From Dipteris shenzhenensis (taxonomy: Eukaryota), in the NCBI GenBank assembly GCA_047967505.1, contig CM106538.1: a stretch of DNA of 64,000 nucleotides. One strand, 5' to 3'. The notes beneath the pieces were generated by a model. That model did not search any database. It had not been told where the DNA came from and saw only the letters and a program-made list of their open reading frames with translations. The translations under genes were made by a program, and so were the position numbers. Shown here one piece after another: positions 50,524-64,000 of this stretch; the first letter of the stretch is position 1; every line of letters begins with the position of its first letter.

Positions 50524-50849
50524 TGGACGGAGTTGGTTGCCTCTCTCTCTCAAAGCCTTAGTAAGAAACTGGTCTCTCTTCAACTCAAAGAATTCACCAT
50601 CTCTTGCTCTAAGAAGAAGAAGAACAAATCCTCACAGATCTGTCTCACAAAATGAATTGAAATCCTCACAAGGAAACTCAAGAAATGAACAGAAATCTCT
50701 TAAGGAATGACGGAAATTTTCTCTCAAATGGACAGATGAAGATCTCTCATCGAAAGTGGACTCTCACGGAGAACACTCAAGAGAACTCTCAATCTCACAA
50801 TCTCTCTCACACTCTCAAGAATCACAATGCCTCAGCGGAAGACAAGGAA

Positions 50850-50861
50850 GCTCTGATACCA
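50850..50861 (-). promoter_or_regulatory. Primer binding site (tRNA-iMet)
   Basis: The reverse complement is TGGTATCAGAGC, immediately internal to the 5' LTR. Confidence 0.95.
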
Positions 50862-51118
50862 TGACAAAATATGAAGAGGGGAGAGGAGAAGAGTGGAGAT
50901 GAGGAGAGAGGGCACAGCTAGAGAGCACACCACAAATGACTAACTGTACACTAGAATTAGTTGAAAATATAGAATATATACAAACCCTTTTAGGGTTAGG
51001 GTTAGGGGATCTAACCCTTTCCTTTATAGCACTCTATAAGGTTAGTGCTATGCACATATGATCACGTGATGGTGCTATGCACACATGATCACATGATGTT
51101 GAGCGTGAACTCTCAACA
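50862..51118 (-). repeat. 5' LTR of the copia element
   Basis: Near-identical to 43751-44007 and adjacent to the PBS. Confidence 0.97.
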
Positions 51119-52849
51119 GAGAGAGCTCTCATGCACCTCTTCAAATGCAACTGGAATCAATTTGTTCTAAAAGGAATGAATTGAAAACAAAAATGGAAAC
51201 ACTAAAGCAATAGCTTCAATGACCTTGAGTGTATTTGGAGTGGTCTATTTTCTTTTAATGTAAAGCATCCTATTCTTTTGAGACTCTAGAGAAATAGGTG
51301 TCAACTCATGTGAATCTAACTCAATACTTTGACTAAATAACATTGAAGAAAGTCGAGGCTAGGGTAATGAATGAGACCCAACATCTCAATAATCATTGAG
51401 GTTCCTCATGTATGTGAAAAAAAAGTTTCACCCTTTTGGCTGTTCAATTTGATTCTAAAGACTAGTTTGCAACAAAACCTTTTCCAACATCTAGTATGTC
51501 TGCTAGAATTGCAAATGTAGCAATCTTGTCAATGATGGATACACTCTTAGTCCATTCATCTTTGGGTCGGCGTATTGTGTCATTTCTTATTTTATTTTTT
51601 CTTTTTTCTATTTATTTGCCATAAGTTTCTAATGCTATCCTCTATCATAGATTTGAAGATCAAGAACCAGAGATCATCGACCTTGTCTCACAACACTTGC
51701 TTAGCACACTCTCACCATGTGACAAACATTCGAAACGGTAATCTAGTTCCCTGAAGTATTACACTAGCTTAATGATTCAAAACCAATGGACCGATGGGTC
51801 ATTACACCGATATTTTATAGCTATCAGAGCGGAAGCACACCACCTATCCAACCACAATATGTGTGGCTATATTATATTATATTAGATCATATTATATATA
51901 TATATATATATTATTTAATACTAAGAAATTGCACTCAAATATCCAATCTCAACTCTATCTTATATTGATTAACTTTTTCTTGCTTAAGGATGCATCTTAG
52001 TATAAAAGAGGTACTCCATTATGGCTATCTCTAAAGATCAAACATCAAACATCCAAAACATAGCAAAAGTCTTCTTCTATTGCCAACTTTTAAATTACAT
52101 GCTATCCCTGATCCGGTTGTGGATATAGGGTACTAGAAATTCAAACCATGCCTTACACGACACTAGTTAGCCTATTTTTCTTGTGTTTCAACCTATTGCA
52201 ACTGAGCCTATTGGCTTCTCATTGCAAAAACCTTCTTGGTTTGTTTGAGACAATCCTCTCTATGGCCTTTTGCATTGATTTTTGCTTCCCAATAGATATC
52301 TCAAACCTACAAACCAATGCTTTAGACTTGTCAATGAGTGTGGCCCACATTCTTCAAGCTATCAAGCTCTTTCATCGTACTCCTCCTGAATGGATTCACT
52401 CCACTTCATCATATCCATTTTCTCCTTGAAACTATACCCATGGTCTTGTTTGTTTGATTTATCCTTGTTATCATCGTCTTCCATTTCCTCATATTTAAAC
52501 AACTCCTTGGGAGGTACTCCTGTATATTGTTGAGGGGGAAAGGGATTCTAAAGCAAATATACCCTTGGTCTTGTTTGTTTGATTTACCTTCATAACTTCC
52601 TTATAGAATTCAGAGAATGTTGTAAGACTTCTCCGTAATGTCGAGGTAATCTCTAGGCGAATTGACTTCAAGACAAATTTCAACAAAAGTAATGTCACTA
52701 AATCTACCAATTGTCATGCTTTGATTCTGGGATTTTTGACTCAAACCCCATGATTTTAAACCATTGAGGGACTGACACGTGTTATTTTATAGATTTTATA
52801 AACCTCTTGATACTAAATCTTGTTTGAGAGATGCTTTTGATTGGTCGAA

Positions 52850-53285
52850 ACATTTTCAACAATAGGCAATTATGGCTCTCCCACCACCTACCAATGTACG
52901 GGAGGTAAGGGGGACTTTGAGTAAAACAAAGTATTACCAATGCTTTGTTGACATATTTTTGGAAAGATGTACAAAAGATTTCCTATAAATATGTTGATAA
53001 AGAAAAATGTTTCCTTCCAATCACGACTAGATCAAACTCAAGCCTTTTCTTTGCTTAAGGAATGCATGAGTTAGAGTCTAATTATCTAGCCTCTTAGATG
53101 GGAGGGTGATTTCTATGTGAACCAAAGTGTATCATCCTTACAAAAGGGAGAGCAATGATGCATGCAAATAGTGTATTATGCAAGTCAACTACCACGTGAT
53201 GCTCAAAAGAGGTATACTGTGATGGAGAAAGAAGGTTTGTCTCTTGTTTTTGTAGTAAAGAAGTTTAGATCATACTTGGTGCCTC
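52850..53285 (+). mobile_element. Degenerate Ty3/gypsy RT-RNase H remnant
   Basis: ALPPPTNVREVRG.L and VYYASQL...AQKRYTVMEKEGLSLVFVVKKFRSYL. Confidence 0.8.
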
Positions 53286-55689
53286 CCCTTTTTCTTCCTA
53301 ACATATCATACTTGGTGCCTTCCCCTTTTTCTTCCTTACATATCATCCTTATTTACAATTCTTGTTTCATAGACCCAATCCTCCAAGAAATTTTGCAAAG
53401 TGGCTTTGTGAGACTTAAGAATTCTCTTTTAATTTTATTACAAAAAATACCATGAGGGCCTCCCTTGCAAGTTTTCTTGTATGTAAGGAGAAGAAGAAGG
53501 AATAGGGACAAAGAAAGAAGTATGTGAAGATTTAGACACTCTACTAATTGTTTTCATTTGGACACTCTACTACTAATTGTTTTCACTATGCATTTTGATG
53601 GATAATTTAAGCCATGTAGGCAATGTAGGATCTAAAAGGAAAAGAGGTATGGGCCAAGGGAAGAGAATTTCCAAAATCTATACCAATGTTGTTGAGTACA
53701 ATGCATTAATTTGTTGGATTAGAGAAATTCTTGAGGGAGGGAGTCAAAAAGGTTGGAGTTAAAGGAGGCTCTCAAGAAAATGAAAATGGAGTACATGGCA
53801 AGGAGTCCTAATTTATATAAAGATAATTGGAGCTAAATAAAAGGTTGGAGTTAAAGGAGGCTCTCAAGAAAATGAAAATGGAGTACAAGGCAAGGAGTCC
53901 TAATTTGTCGGATTTACATAAAGAGAATTCGAGCTAAATAAGCTTTTGAGTTCTACAAAATTTGAGCATGTTAACAAGAAGGATAATCAAAAGACTAATG
54001 AGTAGGATACTAAAACTCTTCCTACATTCAAAGTGGCTACTCTTCTGCTAAGCAAAGATGGCCTCTCATTGATGCTATTCTAAATCTTCCAAGTCAGTGT
54101 TGGTATGCATGAGTATCTAGATAGTTTCAATTATAGGGTATGCCTATTAGTCAATACTTAGTATTCATTAGGGTGTTATAAGGTATGTTTATTGGTCAAT
54201 ACCAATATTCACTAAATGCTTGACTCAATAGGAGACCCATCAGATCATACAGGATGACCTATGGTATGTATATGTCCATAGGAGATGGATATCCTCCTTG
54301 TAGCTACACATGACCAAGTTGGCTTTCTACAAATCACACTTCCTTCACTGAACCAAGGATGGTTTCATCCAAGATTTAGGGTACATATAGATCCATCTTT
54401 AGGATACCTACTTATCCATGCAATGCAAATCATCATGGGATAGCTTAGGACCTGATCCCACCAATTCTAGATCAAGGTAGGATGTGAATTTCCTGTGTAC
54501 ACTATGCAAGGTCTCATTTGGAGCCACCTCCTCAAATTTTTAAATTTTAATTGTTTTCCTCTCCTACAATATTCCTCTCTAGATCATACCCAAAGTTACA
54601 CAATGGAGGAATGGTGGATGAGAATGAGTATTCCTAGTTAATCAATGTGAGCAAAACTTGTAGAAGTGCACAAAAAAATAAGTCAAAGTTAAGATAAGGC
54701 ACTTGTTTTGAACCGTTGTAAAAGAAATATGGTTGTGAAATTGACATGTTGAGTTCTCCTTAACAATTCTCCTATTCAAAGGCCCTTGCATGTGGTAGTA
54801 TTTTGAATGCCTTTACATTCTAATTTCTATGCTACGTCAAAGTAAGTACTTTCCAATAGCATTCAACTGCCATGAAATACACAGTTAGTCTTGACACTCA
54901 GATCGCTATCACAACGCTATAACATTTGTCTCATAGTGGGTGGTATCTAGGTATGAAGTATTGTAGGACTTTTTTGAGTTTTTGGGAAATACTTTTAATT
55001 GATATTTTGGACTAAGCAAAGCCTAGTGTGTGTTGCCTTTTTGTCATAGAGAAGTTACCTCTGATACTATAGTCTAAAATAAAAAGCAAGCCCTAATAAG
55101 TTGCCAAGTTTGTGAACAATCTGATTTGTACATTTTATGTTGGCACTATACTTTCATCGTCAACATCCAAAAAGCAAAAATACTTTTATTTAAATCCAAG
55201 ATTCAGAAAAACATTCATCACTTAGAAGACTTAGTAAAGCCATCAAATAGCTATAATTTGTATAACTAAACACCTTGAATGTTTGCATTGCAATAGGGCT
55301 CATAATGGACAAAGGCTTGTTGGGATGACACATACATGAGAGGATGCCTCTTCTAAGTAATTCTATGTGCATGCTTGCATGCATGTAGATATTTCATCAT
55401 TGATCTACTTTTTTGTGATGGTAGGATTCTAATGTTTTGTATAATATATTGCTTTGAAGATAGAAGATGAAAAACGAATCTTATGGAAATTGTTTAGAGT
55501 CAAAGTCATAAAAGGTTAGAGGATGAGAGAGATGTGTGATAGCACAAAAGATAGGATGACTTAAATGTCCTAATATTTAGAGCATAATTTATACAATGGG
55601 GGACTTCTAAAGTACCACAAAAATGTATGAAGGGGGTCATATTACAAGTCTTAATTCAAGATGATAGGAGAATTCCTCAAAGCATGATT

Positions 55690-56320
55690 GCTATACTTTA
55701 CTCCATGCCAGGTCCACCAGCATTCTAGCAAGTACCACGATGTCAGACCACTCACCAGCAATTCTCCATGTGGAGCAGCCCCATTGTGGACTCCTCGAAA
55801 AGGGATTCCACAGTCTCTTACAGGAGGAGAACATTCAGCAGGTGTTGGTAAAGATTTGGAGTCATCCCGTGGACAGTCCCATTGAGGGGTGGGTGGCAAG
55901 GGTAGTTGAGCGAATACAACAGAGCAGTCAAGAGCTATAGATCTAGGCATTGAGATGGCGAGCTGTCCTTTAGGAGCAGGAGCAAGAGCCAGCTCTACAT
56001 TAAGATCTTATGTCCATTGAGAGACTTAGGGAGCAGGACCTAGGGTCCCCATGGCTTCGACACTGTCTCGAGTACATATGCTTGGAGCTACATGACTTGG
56101 AAGTCTGTAGAGCAAAGTTTTCTTACCACTCCTCTAGGGCCACAGATGGGTCTAATAGGGGGATAGAATGATCGACCAGTTTTAACAGACCATAGTCAGC
56201 AAGGATCTAGCTACAACGTCTTGGGGACTTCTAGAGGACAAATACACTCAGACCCACAGAACATGCTCGAGATGACTACATCCTTCTATATCCAGCTTTT
56301 CTAGCCAGAGGAGGCCTCGG
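55690..56320 (+). mobile_element. L1 LINE ORF2 fragment (end of endonuclease and linker), similar to 57518-58140
   Basis: SDHSP motif and a degenerate W...GDR motif. Clear nucleotide similarity to 57518-58140. Confidence 0.75.
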
Positions 56321-56344
56321 TTACAATTCTAATCGAACAAAGGC

Positions 56345-56365
56345 ATGTGTGTGTCTGTGTGTGCA

Positions 56366-56438
<73 letters not shown>
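56345..56438. repeat. Compound (GT)n-(GA)n microsatellite
   Basis: Read directly from the sequence. Confidence 0.9.
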
Positions 56439-56441
<3 letters not shown>

Positions 56442-57099
56442 AGAGAGCCAGAGAGTTGTTTTGGTAGATGTGGAAAAACAGAAACTTCTAATTGATCAAA
56501 GGTAGCAATATTTTTCACCTTATAGATATTCAAGTTATCATCACATCCATCCGTCATTTTATTTTATTTTGTTAATCTTTGGAGATGTGTTCTTTTGTCA
56601 TAGTTTCAATGCTTGAAGACTTATACATAAAATGCCCTATCATGCCACGTTTTTTCTTTGTCCTATCGACAACTCTCACAAAAAAATCTGACTTTTAAGG
56701 CAAGGCCACGTGGGGATTGAACTAATGGTGATGCTAGTTTGTCAATGCACAGATACTAATTATTTGCCCTTTAAACCCCCGACAAAGTCACGAAAATCCG
56801 GCTTCCTCGAACAAGCTCCCATGCACAGGCAAGCCTTGTTCACTATGGTCCCATCTCCATGAGTTTCATGGTGGTGAGTTGGAATGTGCATAGGCTTCAT
56901 GACCATGCATGCAGCCAGCTATAGTACCAAATTTTATGTTAGGAATTGCAACAGGCTCTAGTAGGCAAGTCAGTTGATCTTCTTTTGATTCAGGAGCATA
57001 TGTTCTCAGTAGCAAACATGGCACGCCGTCATTGCCTCCTCCTTGGGATAGGCCCAGAGATCTAGTCCGAGCAGTTGGTAGGAGCGGTGGAGCTTGCAT

Positions 57100-58140
57100 T
57101 TCAGTGTCTCGGACACTGGCTTAGAGATTTTTGCACAGGGTGAGCTCATTCTAGGCCGTGTAGTTTGGATGGGCCTCCAGGAAGGAGAGGCACGGATTCA
57201 GGTGCTTGCAAGCAACACGCTAGGCTTTCTGGTGGCAGCTCACATATTACCTCCTAGAGGTGGACTCATGGATTGTTGGGGGAGATTTCAATAACCTTGA
57301 GTTCATGGAGGATAAGCAGGGAGGAGGCTCTTTCTCAAAGATGCCAACAACGGGGGAGAGGAGCACTTGGGAGCAGTTCATTTTTGCGGTTAGTGGCAGG
57401 GATCCTTGGCATGAGCTAGAGTTTACTAGACTTCCAAGTAGCCTGTGCTTTTCCTTTAGCTAGATACGGCACGATGGACTGCTAGAGCATCTGGATAGAT
57501 TAAATATTGGTGACTCGGCTTTACTCCATGCCAGGTCCACCAGCATTCTAGCAAGTACCATGATGTCGGACCACTCACCACCAGTTCTCCATGTGGAGCC
57601 GCCCCATTGTGGACTCCCCCAAAAGGGAGTCCATGGTCTCTTACAGGAGGAGAACATCCAACGGGTGTTGGTAAAGATTTGGAGTCATCTCGTGGATAGT
57701 CCCATTGAGGGGTGGGCAGCATGGGCAGTTGAGCGGATACAATAGAGCAATCAAGAGCTACAGATCTAGGCATTGAGATGGCAAGCTATCCTTTAGGAGC
57801 AGGAGCAACAAGAGCGGGCTCTACATCAAGATCTTGTGTCCATTGAGAGACTTAGGGAGTAGGACCCAAGGTCCCCATGGCTTCAGCACCGCCTAGAGTA
57901 CATACACTCGGAGCTACAAGACTTGGAAGTTTGCAGAGCAGAGTTTTCTTACCACTCCTCTAGGGCCATATGGGTCTAATAGGGGGACAGGATGACCCAC
58001 TAGTTTTTACGAACCACAGTCAGCAGGGATCCAGCTACAAGGTCTTGGGGACTTCTAGAGGACAAATACACTCAGACCCATAAAACATGCTTGAGATGAC
58101 TACATCCTTCTATATCCAGCTTTTCTATAGTCGGAGGAGG
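57100..58140 (+). mobile_element. Degenerate L1 LINE APE-endonuclease fragment
   Basis: WIVGGDFNN, DPW, LDR and SDHSP motifs, with stops and frameshifts. Confidence 0.8.
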
Positions 58141-58799
58141 CATCGATTTAGCCTCTTGTCCTGATTTCTTTTCAAGGTAAAAGAAATGGTGTGGCTGCTG
58201 GGATTGAAATCTCCATGGCTAGTGGTGTAAAATCTGTTACTCCTATGATTGGGTGCAGCTCTGCAGCCTCTTCCATGTAAGTTTGCTGCTTTTGCACCTC
58301 CAAACTGTGTGCCTTCCCTGTCTCTACGGTTGCAAAACCACGTTGTTTCTACTTCTGCACTTCCAATCTGCCTGCTTTCTGGTCACGGTTCCTACGTGTA
58401 TTCTAGCTGGCGAATCTTCTGCTCGTATAGGTTGCATCTGTAGAACTATAACATCTGTGCACCCTCTGAGCTCCTGCGTGTGCATTTGCATGTCCACTGT
58501 GTACACCCGTGCGCATCACGGACATATTGCGATGATTTTCTAGGCTCCTCTGTCTTCTGGTTGCGGATAGTTTTTCTGGGTTTCTGCAAAACTGTAACAG
58601 ATCCTGTGCCCCCCTCTCTTCTTCTTATCTTTCTCTTTCTCTTCTCCTTCTCCTCTCCTCTCCTCTCTTTTTATTAAAGAGTGGGATTTAAACCCAAGAC
58701 CTCCCCCTTCACAAAAGGGAGACTTATCATTGGGCCAGCAAGTAAGAAGTGATGAAAATGTAATGATTTTTGCTTATATATTGAAATCTCGGGAATTGT

Positions 58800-60050
58800 A
58801 ACTCTCTAACCATGGGGAGTTTCCTCTTGCTGTAAAAAGAAAAAGTATTTCATTTCATGTGCTCTATTCACATCTCCTACTAGATCGCCGATTTGGAACT
58901 TTTCCAAGTAACTCACTTCACGGACGCACGCCACACGAGGAGGGTGGATATTTATGTCACTTCTCGATGAGTTTAAGGATTTGATGCCTGGTTCTCCATG
59001 CCTTACGGCTACCAATGGGCAAGATCTCTTTCTTGATCTTCATGTCGATTTGCAACAACTGATTGTATAATGCATTGCTCAAGGAGACGACGGGTGGGAT
59101 GATAGACCATGGATGATTCAAGGTGAAGAACTAGTGATACACTGGGAGAACTTTGATTTTAATTCTACTCATTGTGTGGTGATCGAGCTACTTGCTGCTT
59201 CGGAGGTAATTAAAAGAGTGTCCTTCTTCGAAGGGTGGGATGCTCCCCAAGCTTGGGGGGAGATTTGGCGCATCTGCTTGTTAATTCCTGTGGATAAGCT
59301 CATCTTGAATGGTTTATTCTCAATCTCACTACAAAGGTTTCTAGGGCTCGGCTATGGTTGGTAATGTTTCGACCAAGGAATCCCTTTGTACCTAATCAAC
59401 CCTTTGTGCCTCATTTTGAGCTTCAAGTTATAATTCTTTTTGGTCTAAAGATAAACTATCAACAAAGGATTGTAAGTTTATTTGGTGCTGAATGTTTGGC
59501 ACAGGCTCTTATGGATCTAGGAGGGGGATCTGGGAGGGCTGACCTTTATCTGACATTTAGTGGAACCCAGGGGAGTGGTTGTGGCCAACCCGCATTGGGC
59601 AATCGGACCTGGTGGAGGAGGTTTCTTACTTCTCATACACTACTTGTATTGGTTGTGCCGCTTATAGCTTGAGGCAACGACATGGTCCCCTATGAGGGAA
59701 CACCGCTGCCTAGAGCAGGATGTCCCATAAGAGGTCATAGGCCAATTTTGACCCCACCTTTGGACAAGTTTGTGCCCATGGAAGATTTCTTATTTCTTCT
59801 AGTTGTTGGTGCATGGGGTTGTGCCCATTGGCCCTTGGCTAGAGTAGATGAGGATAGATGGCAGATGCACTGATTGTGTGGATGGAGTTCTAGAGATGAT
59901 CCTGCACTATCTTTGGGGCTGCCTTGTCAGACAGTGGATATGGCTAGCATCCTTCAAGATTGTTGCTAGCACACAAAGGATGAGCAAGGATTTCACATGG
60001 GGGATAGTGGCTTGGCTCACAGATAGAGGCCACGCCTTTGCGTGATCGAC
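58800..60050 (+). mobile_element. Degenerate LINE ORF2 C-terminal remnant
   Basis: zf-RVT-like CTDCVDGVLEMILHYLWGC at about 59866-59922. The rest is weak. Confidence 0.5.
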
Positions 60051-60053
60051 CCT

Positions 60054-62640
60054 GTCACACTATCTTACACTATTATAGATGGTGTAAATTGCACCATCTA
60101 GATAGGGCACTAGGGGAAAACCTTAACCCTAACCCTTAGGGGTTCACATGTATATATTCATGTATGTTCAATACAACATAGTGTACAGGTAGCTATATCA
60201 TGTGCACTCCTCACTCTCTCCATGTATAGGTAAAGGTGAGTGAAGGAAAGGTTTGAGAGTTCTCTTTGGAACCTCAGCCCTTATTTTGTTTCTTAGTGTA
60301 TAGCGAACCTCCTACAAAGGATCAAATTAGCAGATTAGCTATGATAGCAAGAAGGTCAAACAGCTCTATGTGACCAGTTGCAACAATAGAGAAGAAAGAG
60401 AATAACAACAGTTGCCAAAGATGACCACGACTGGCACCACAACCACGCTACTTATGTAACGACTCGAATGAAGTAGCAATGATTGGTATACCAATAAAGC
60501 CAAGGGCATCTCACAACCCTGCAGTGATAGTAGCCTCTAGCATTGACAGGCAACCAACTCACCAAATGACTCTCAATGGCTCTTCCATGAGCCCTACGTC
60601 TCCATAGCGAGACCCATCCCACAATGAATCTCTACAACAACTTCAACACAATAGCACCAATGGCCGACCTTACAGCCTCCACTTGACCACCCAAGACTCT
60701 ACATGCCGCTCCACCACCAACAGACAACAAGCCACTCTGCAACAACCGTCGACAATAGTGCCTACACTACTCCAAACACCATGAGCTCTAAGGCTCCCAG
60801 TGAGCCTGCAATGAGCAAAATGACTCCATCAACATAGCTCCCAAGACCTTCAATGGCAGGCTCAACTCATGGTGGCTTCATCCTCGCAAATGGCCAATGG
60901 AACCTCTACAGTGAACTTTGCACTCAGTCGGCTCACAACAAACGAGCAGCCGACTTCTGCACTATATAGCATAGATGAACTTCTCCCTAGAAACCACTAA
61001 TGGGCAAGCCTCCAGCAACCAGCAGCTCTGACTTGTGCTAAGACCTACCGGCTCACGACTGGGCTTCTCCGGTCTCTCGCATCACCAACTACGACGACCT
61101 TCTACTACGGCCTCCACTCCAACTATACAACATAGGCGACAATGGGCATCAGTAGCTCAAGTTCCACGCTCAGCTAGCATGGTTGACCCAACAACACCCT
61201 CAGCCACTATTCCAGCGAAACTGCTCTGCCATCCTCACATCACAATCGCACCCTCACGTCGCAGTGCCTCACCATAGCATCAAAAACATCTCATGGCATC
61301 AACACGTCGATGCAACAATGGTGGGGAAGAAGGTAGAATATGAGTTTCCATCCATAGATTATGGTGCATCTAGCAGAATTTTAAAAGATTCTAAAGGATC
61401 TAATAGATTTTGATAGACTCTTATCTCCAACACGTGGCCCTTTCTCAACCCACTTTCTCAACCCACTGTAAGGGTTTGGTTACTGAGGCCACATGGCAGC
61501 CTTATCTGAAGGGCCACATGGCAACCCACTCCACTATGCCATGTCAATGTTATCCACAACTACCATGTGGCACCCAACGACTACCACATCATCTAGTCAT
61601 TCGGCCACTTCAATAGCCCAGCCACCCTTCCACATAAGCACACTAGCCCTATCCAGCCACATCAACAACTAGCTAGCCATGTCATCACTCCTGGCCCCAC
61701 CTACCATGTCAGCAGAAAGAGTCACCTGGCCAGTCCACGTGTCATATGCCACGTAATTAGTATGACATCAGCATTGTGACTGTGCACTACCATGTAACAC
61801 TTATCTAGTGCCATGTCACTCTTGATAAGTCACATCAACAGTCTTCCTAGCTTAGCTATCGCCACATCATCTTGCACAGCCAGCATTAGCCACCTTAGCA
61901 AGCCATGTGGGAGAGTGCCAGTTAAGCACTATTCTCTCTTCACAGGCATAGTGTGTTTTTGCATGTGACCTCAGCTTGCCACCTCATCGCTTTGATCACC
62001 CCCTCTTGTGATCAAAGTTTGACCTATCCTTCCACGATCCAGGTAGAATTTCACAGTGATCGAAACGCAAAAATGATCAACAAATTGTGCTCTACGCCAT
62101 GAGCACCATAGATCTACCATCTGACTTTCCACAGGGCATCATCATTGAATCCTCTTTATCAGAACCAGCTTCTGATCCATTGTAGCGCATCCATCACATA
62201 AAATAGTCAACAATGTGTGACATTACATGGGTGGCATGTGTGTGCAAGAAGTATGCAACAATCTTGAATCTGAGGAAGATCACCCTACCAAGTGTCACAT
62301 TGAAGTGTTGAACTGCGTAATGCCAAGAGATTGAGCTAGTGTCAGATGTGTGAATGTGTACAGCGGTGATAGAACGAAATGGGAATGATGCCACTAGGAA
62401 CTAGTCGGGTGATGTGGCAATGGCTTGCTTGTCTTGGTGGAGTTGGATCTTCTCTATGGTGGTGCTAGTCTACAACTAGACTACACGTCGAAGCTTCAAA
62501 TGCAACAAAATGAATTTTATAGAACACTACAAAATATTCTATCACTGCAAAAAAACGGCGTCTAATGCTCTTTCACAGATTGTCAGTGAAAAGCTTGACA
62601 AGAACAACTTCCAAGCATGGAACTTTAGAATGACGATCAG
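60054..62640 (+). mobile_element. Truncated, older copia element related to 43751-51118 (LTR-like piece, long leader, gag start)
   Basis: 60117-60220 resembles the reverse complement of the 257-bp LTR (TAACCCTAACCCT...TGTATATATTC...TAGTGTACAG.TAG). GCCAC(A/G)T repeats at 61430-61990 and GATCCAGG.AGAATTT...TGTGCTCTA.GC match the leader. The gag N-terminus SEKLDKNNFQAWNFRM lies at about 62585-62633. Confidence 0.7.
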
Positions 62641-63061
62641 TAGCATTATTCATTGCTGGAAATCGAGGACACGAAGTTTTAAAAAGAAGCATGTATACAA
62701 TGTTGAAAAATGTATCACAATCCCTGATCCAAGTCGTGTCCATATTAAACATCATTTGGCAAGGCTTGACCCATCAAGCGCAAATACATTACATGACTGT
62801 GATGACTATGAATGAGATTCAGATGCATAAGATAATGTTTTGTATGCTTTTTTCCATACAAATGGTGTACCTATACACCACCAATAAGATAATGTATTGT
62901 ATGCTTTGTTTTTCAAAAAAAGGGTGTATCTATACACCACTTATATATTGAATTCAACAAACTCTTTTTTTTTTAAATAATGGTGTATCTATACACCACT
63001 TATTTGTTGAATTCAACAAACTCTTTTCAATTGGTGTCATATTTTCACTTTATCAATATAG

Positions 63062-64000
63062 TGTTAAAATTGAACTGGAGTTAGGAGACTACTGCTCTTA
63101 TTATTATAGTTATTGGATGGGGGCACCATGCACAAGTTTGGGAATTATAGCTTCATTGAGCCATATTTTTTTTTATTAGAGGTCACCACTTGACTTTTAA
63201 GCTTAATAAGGCCATTTTTGTATATAAGTGACCCATTTAGTGCTCTAAAAAACCCAATTTTTAAGCTCACTAAGTGAAGTTGAGTGGAGAGGATATGCTC
63301 CAAAAAAAAGTCCAAACTAGGAGAGAAAGTCCAACATTTTTGAATAGTGTGTTAAGAAGAAGAAAACTATTTTCAACCTCCACCTTTGTGTGTATTCCCC
63401 TATTATGTATGTGAGAAAGCTACAAGTGAGAATCCTTACTTATCTCCCACTCTCTTTACATGGTATCAGAGCTCGGTTCATGGTAAGGAGCTCAAGAAAG
63501 CAAACCAAGTTCGCGGTGTCTTGGTAAGAGGATCAGTATTGCTTTCCTTTTCGAGTTTGGGAGGAAATCTCTACAAGTAGCACAACCAGAAAGTGTAAGA
63601 GTGCACTGTCTTAGATTGGGACGCCCTTCGTAGTGTGGCGAGAGGACATTATATGCTACGGTGACATTATTTTTTTGATTCGAGGCCATTTTGGGGCCCA
63701 TTTTGGTGGCAGAAGTTTTTTGTAGGCACTCAGAAAAGTGCCTTGTTTTTGTTGTGCGACCACTGTTCTGTAGGTTGGTGAAAAGTTACCGTAGAAATTG
63801 CATTGTATGCCTATGCACAAAGATATTGGGAGTGACAAAATCATTCTTATTGCCTGTTGATGCAAAATCGTCACTAGGAAGTGACTGTGTGGTCAAATAC
63901 CACTTTTGTCAGTTTTGCAGATTTGCCCTTGTGAGGCAGAAGTTGTATTTTTTGTAGTGACAGAATATTTTTACAGTGTTTAGTAATGGCATCTGATGCT
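63062..64000 (+). mobile_element. 5' LTR end, PBS and leader of another LTR retrotransposon running out of the window
   Basis: ...CTCTTTACA (ends 63460) is directly followed by a perfect iMet PBS TGGTATCAGAGC (63461-63472). The LTR start at 63062 is tentative. Confidence 0.75.

Larger units (their letters stand above)
43751..51118 (-). mobile_element. Full-length, recently inserted Ty1/copia LTR retrotransposon (defective gag-pol) carrying a captured host gene fragment
   Basis: The 257-bp LTRs (43751-44007, 50862-51118) have TG...CA ends and 2 substitutions. The TSD GAGAG is at 43746-43750 and 51119-51123. The PBS TGGTATCAGAGC is at 50850-50861 and the PPT is next to 44008. Domain order is gag-PR-INT-RT-RH. 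Confidence 0.97.

Overview
This is eukaryotic land-plant nuclear DNA. A fern-like large genome is my inference from the (GA)n density, the TE spectrum and the long TE-filled intron. Two host genes are recognisable, both on +: a HemK2/N6AMT1 (MTQ2-type) methyltransferase whose main exon (19259-20020) lacks an ATG and needs upstream exons, and a two-coding-exon F-box/LRR gene (about 29082-30651). The rest is mostly transposon-derived. The best-preserved element is a young, full-length Ty1/copia (43751-51118, minus strand, 257-bp LTRs differing at 2 positions, GAGAG target-site duplication). Its long 5' leader carries, in antisense orientation, about 550 bp of a host TPR/J-domain (DnaJ-like) gene. 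Also present: a Penelope-like RT fragment of Naiad/Chlamys type broken by a clean 308-bp inversion, a non-autonomous LTR element inserted next to it, a 5'-truncated L1 LINE with a 16-bp TSD in a GT microsatellite, a degenerate relative of the copia element, and many decayed gypsy, copia and LINE remnants. All homology calls come from motifs recognised by eye, not from database searches.
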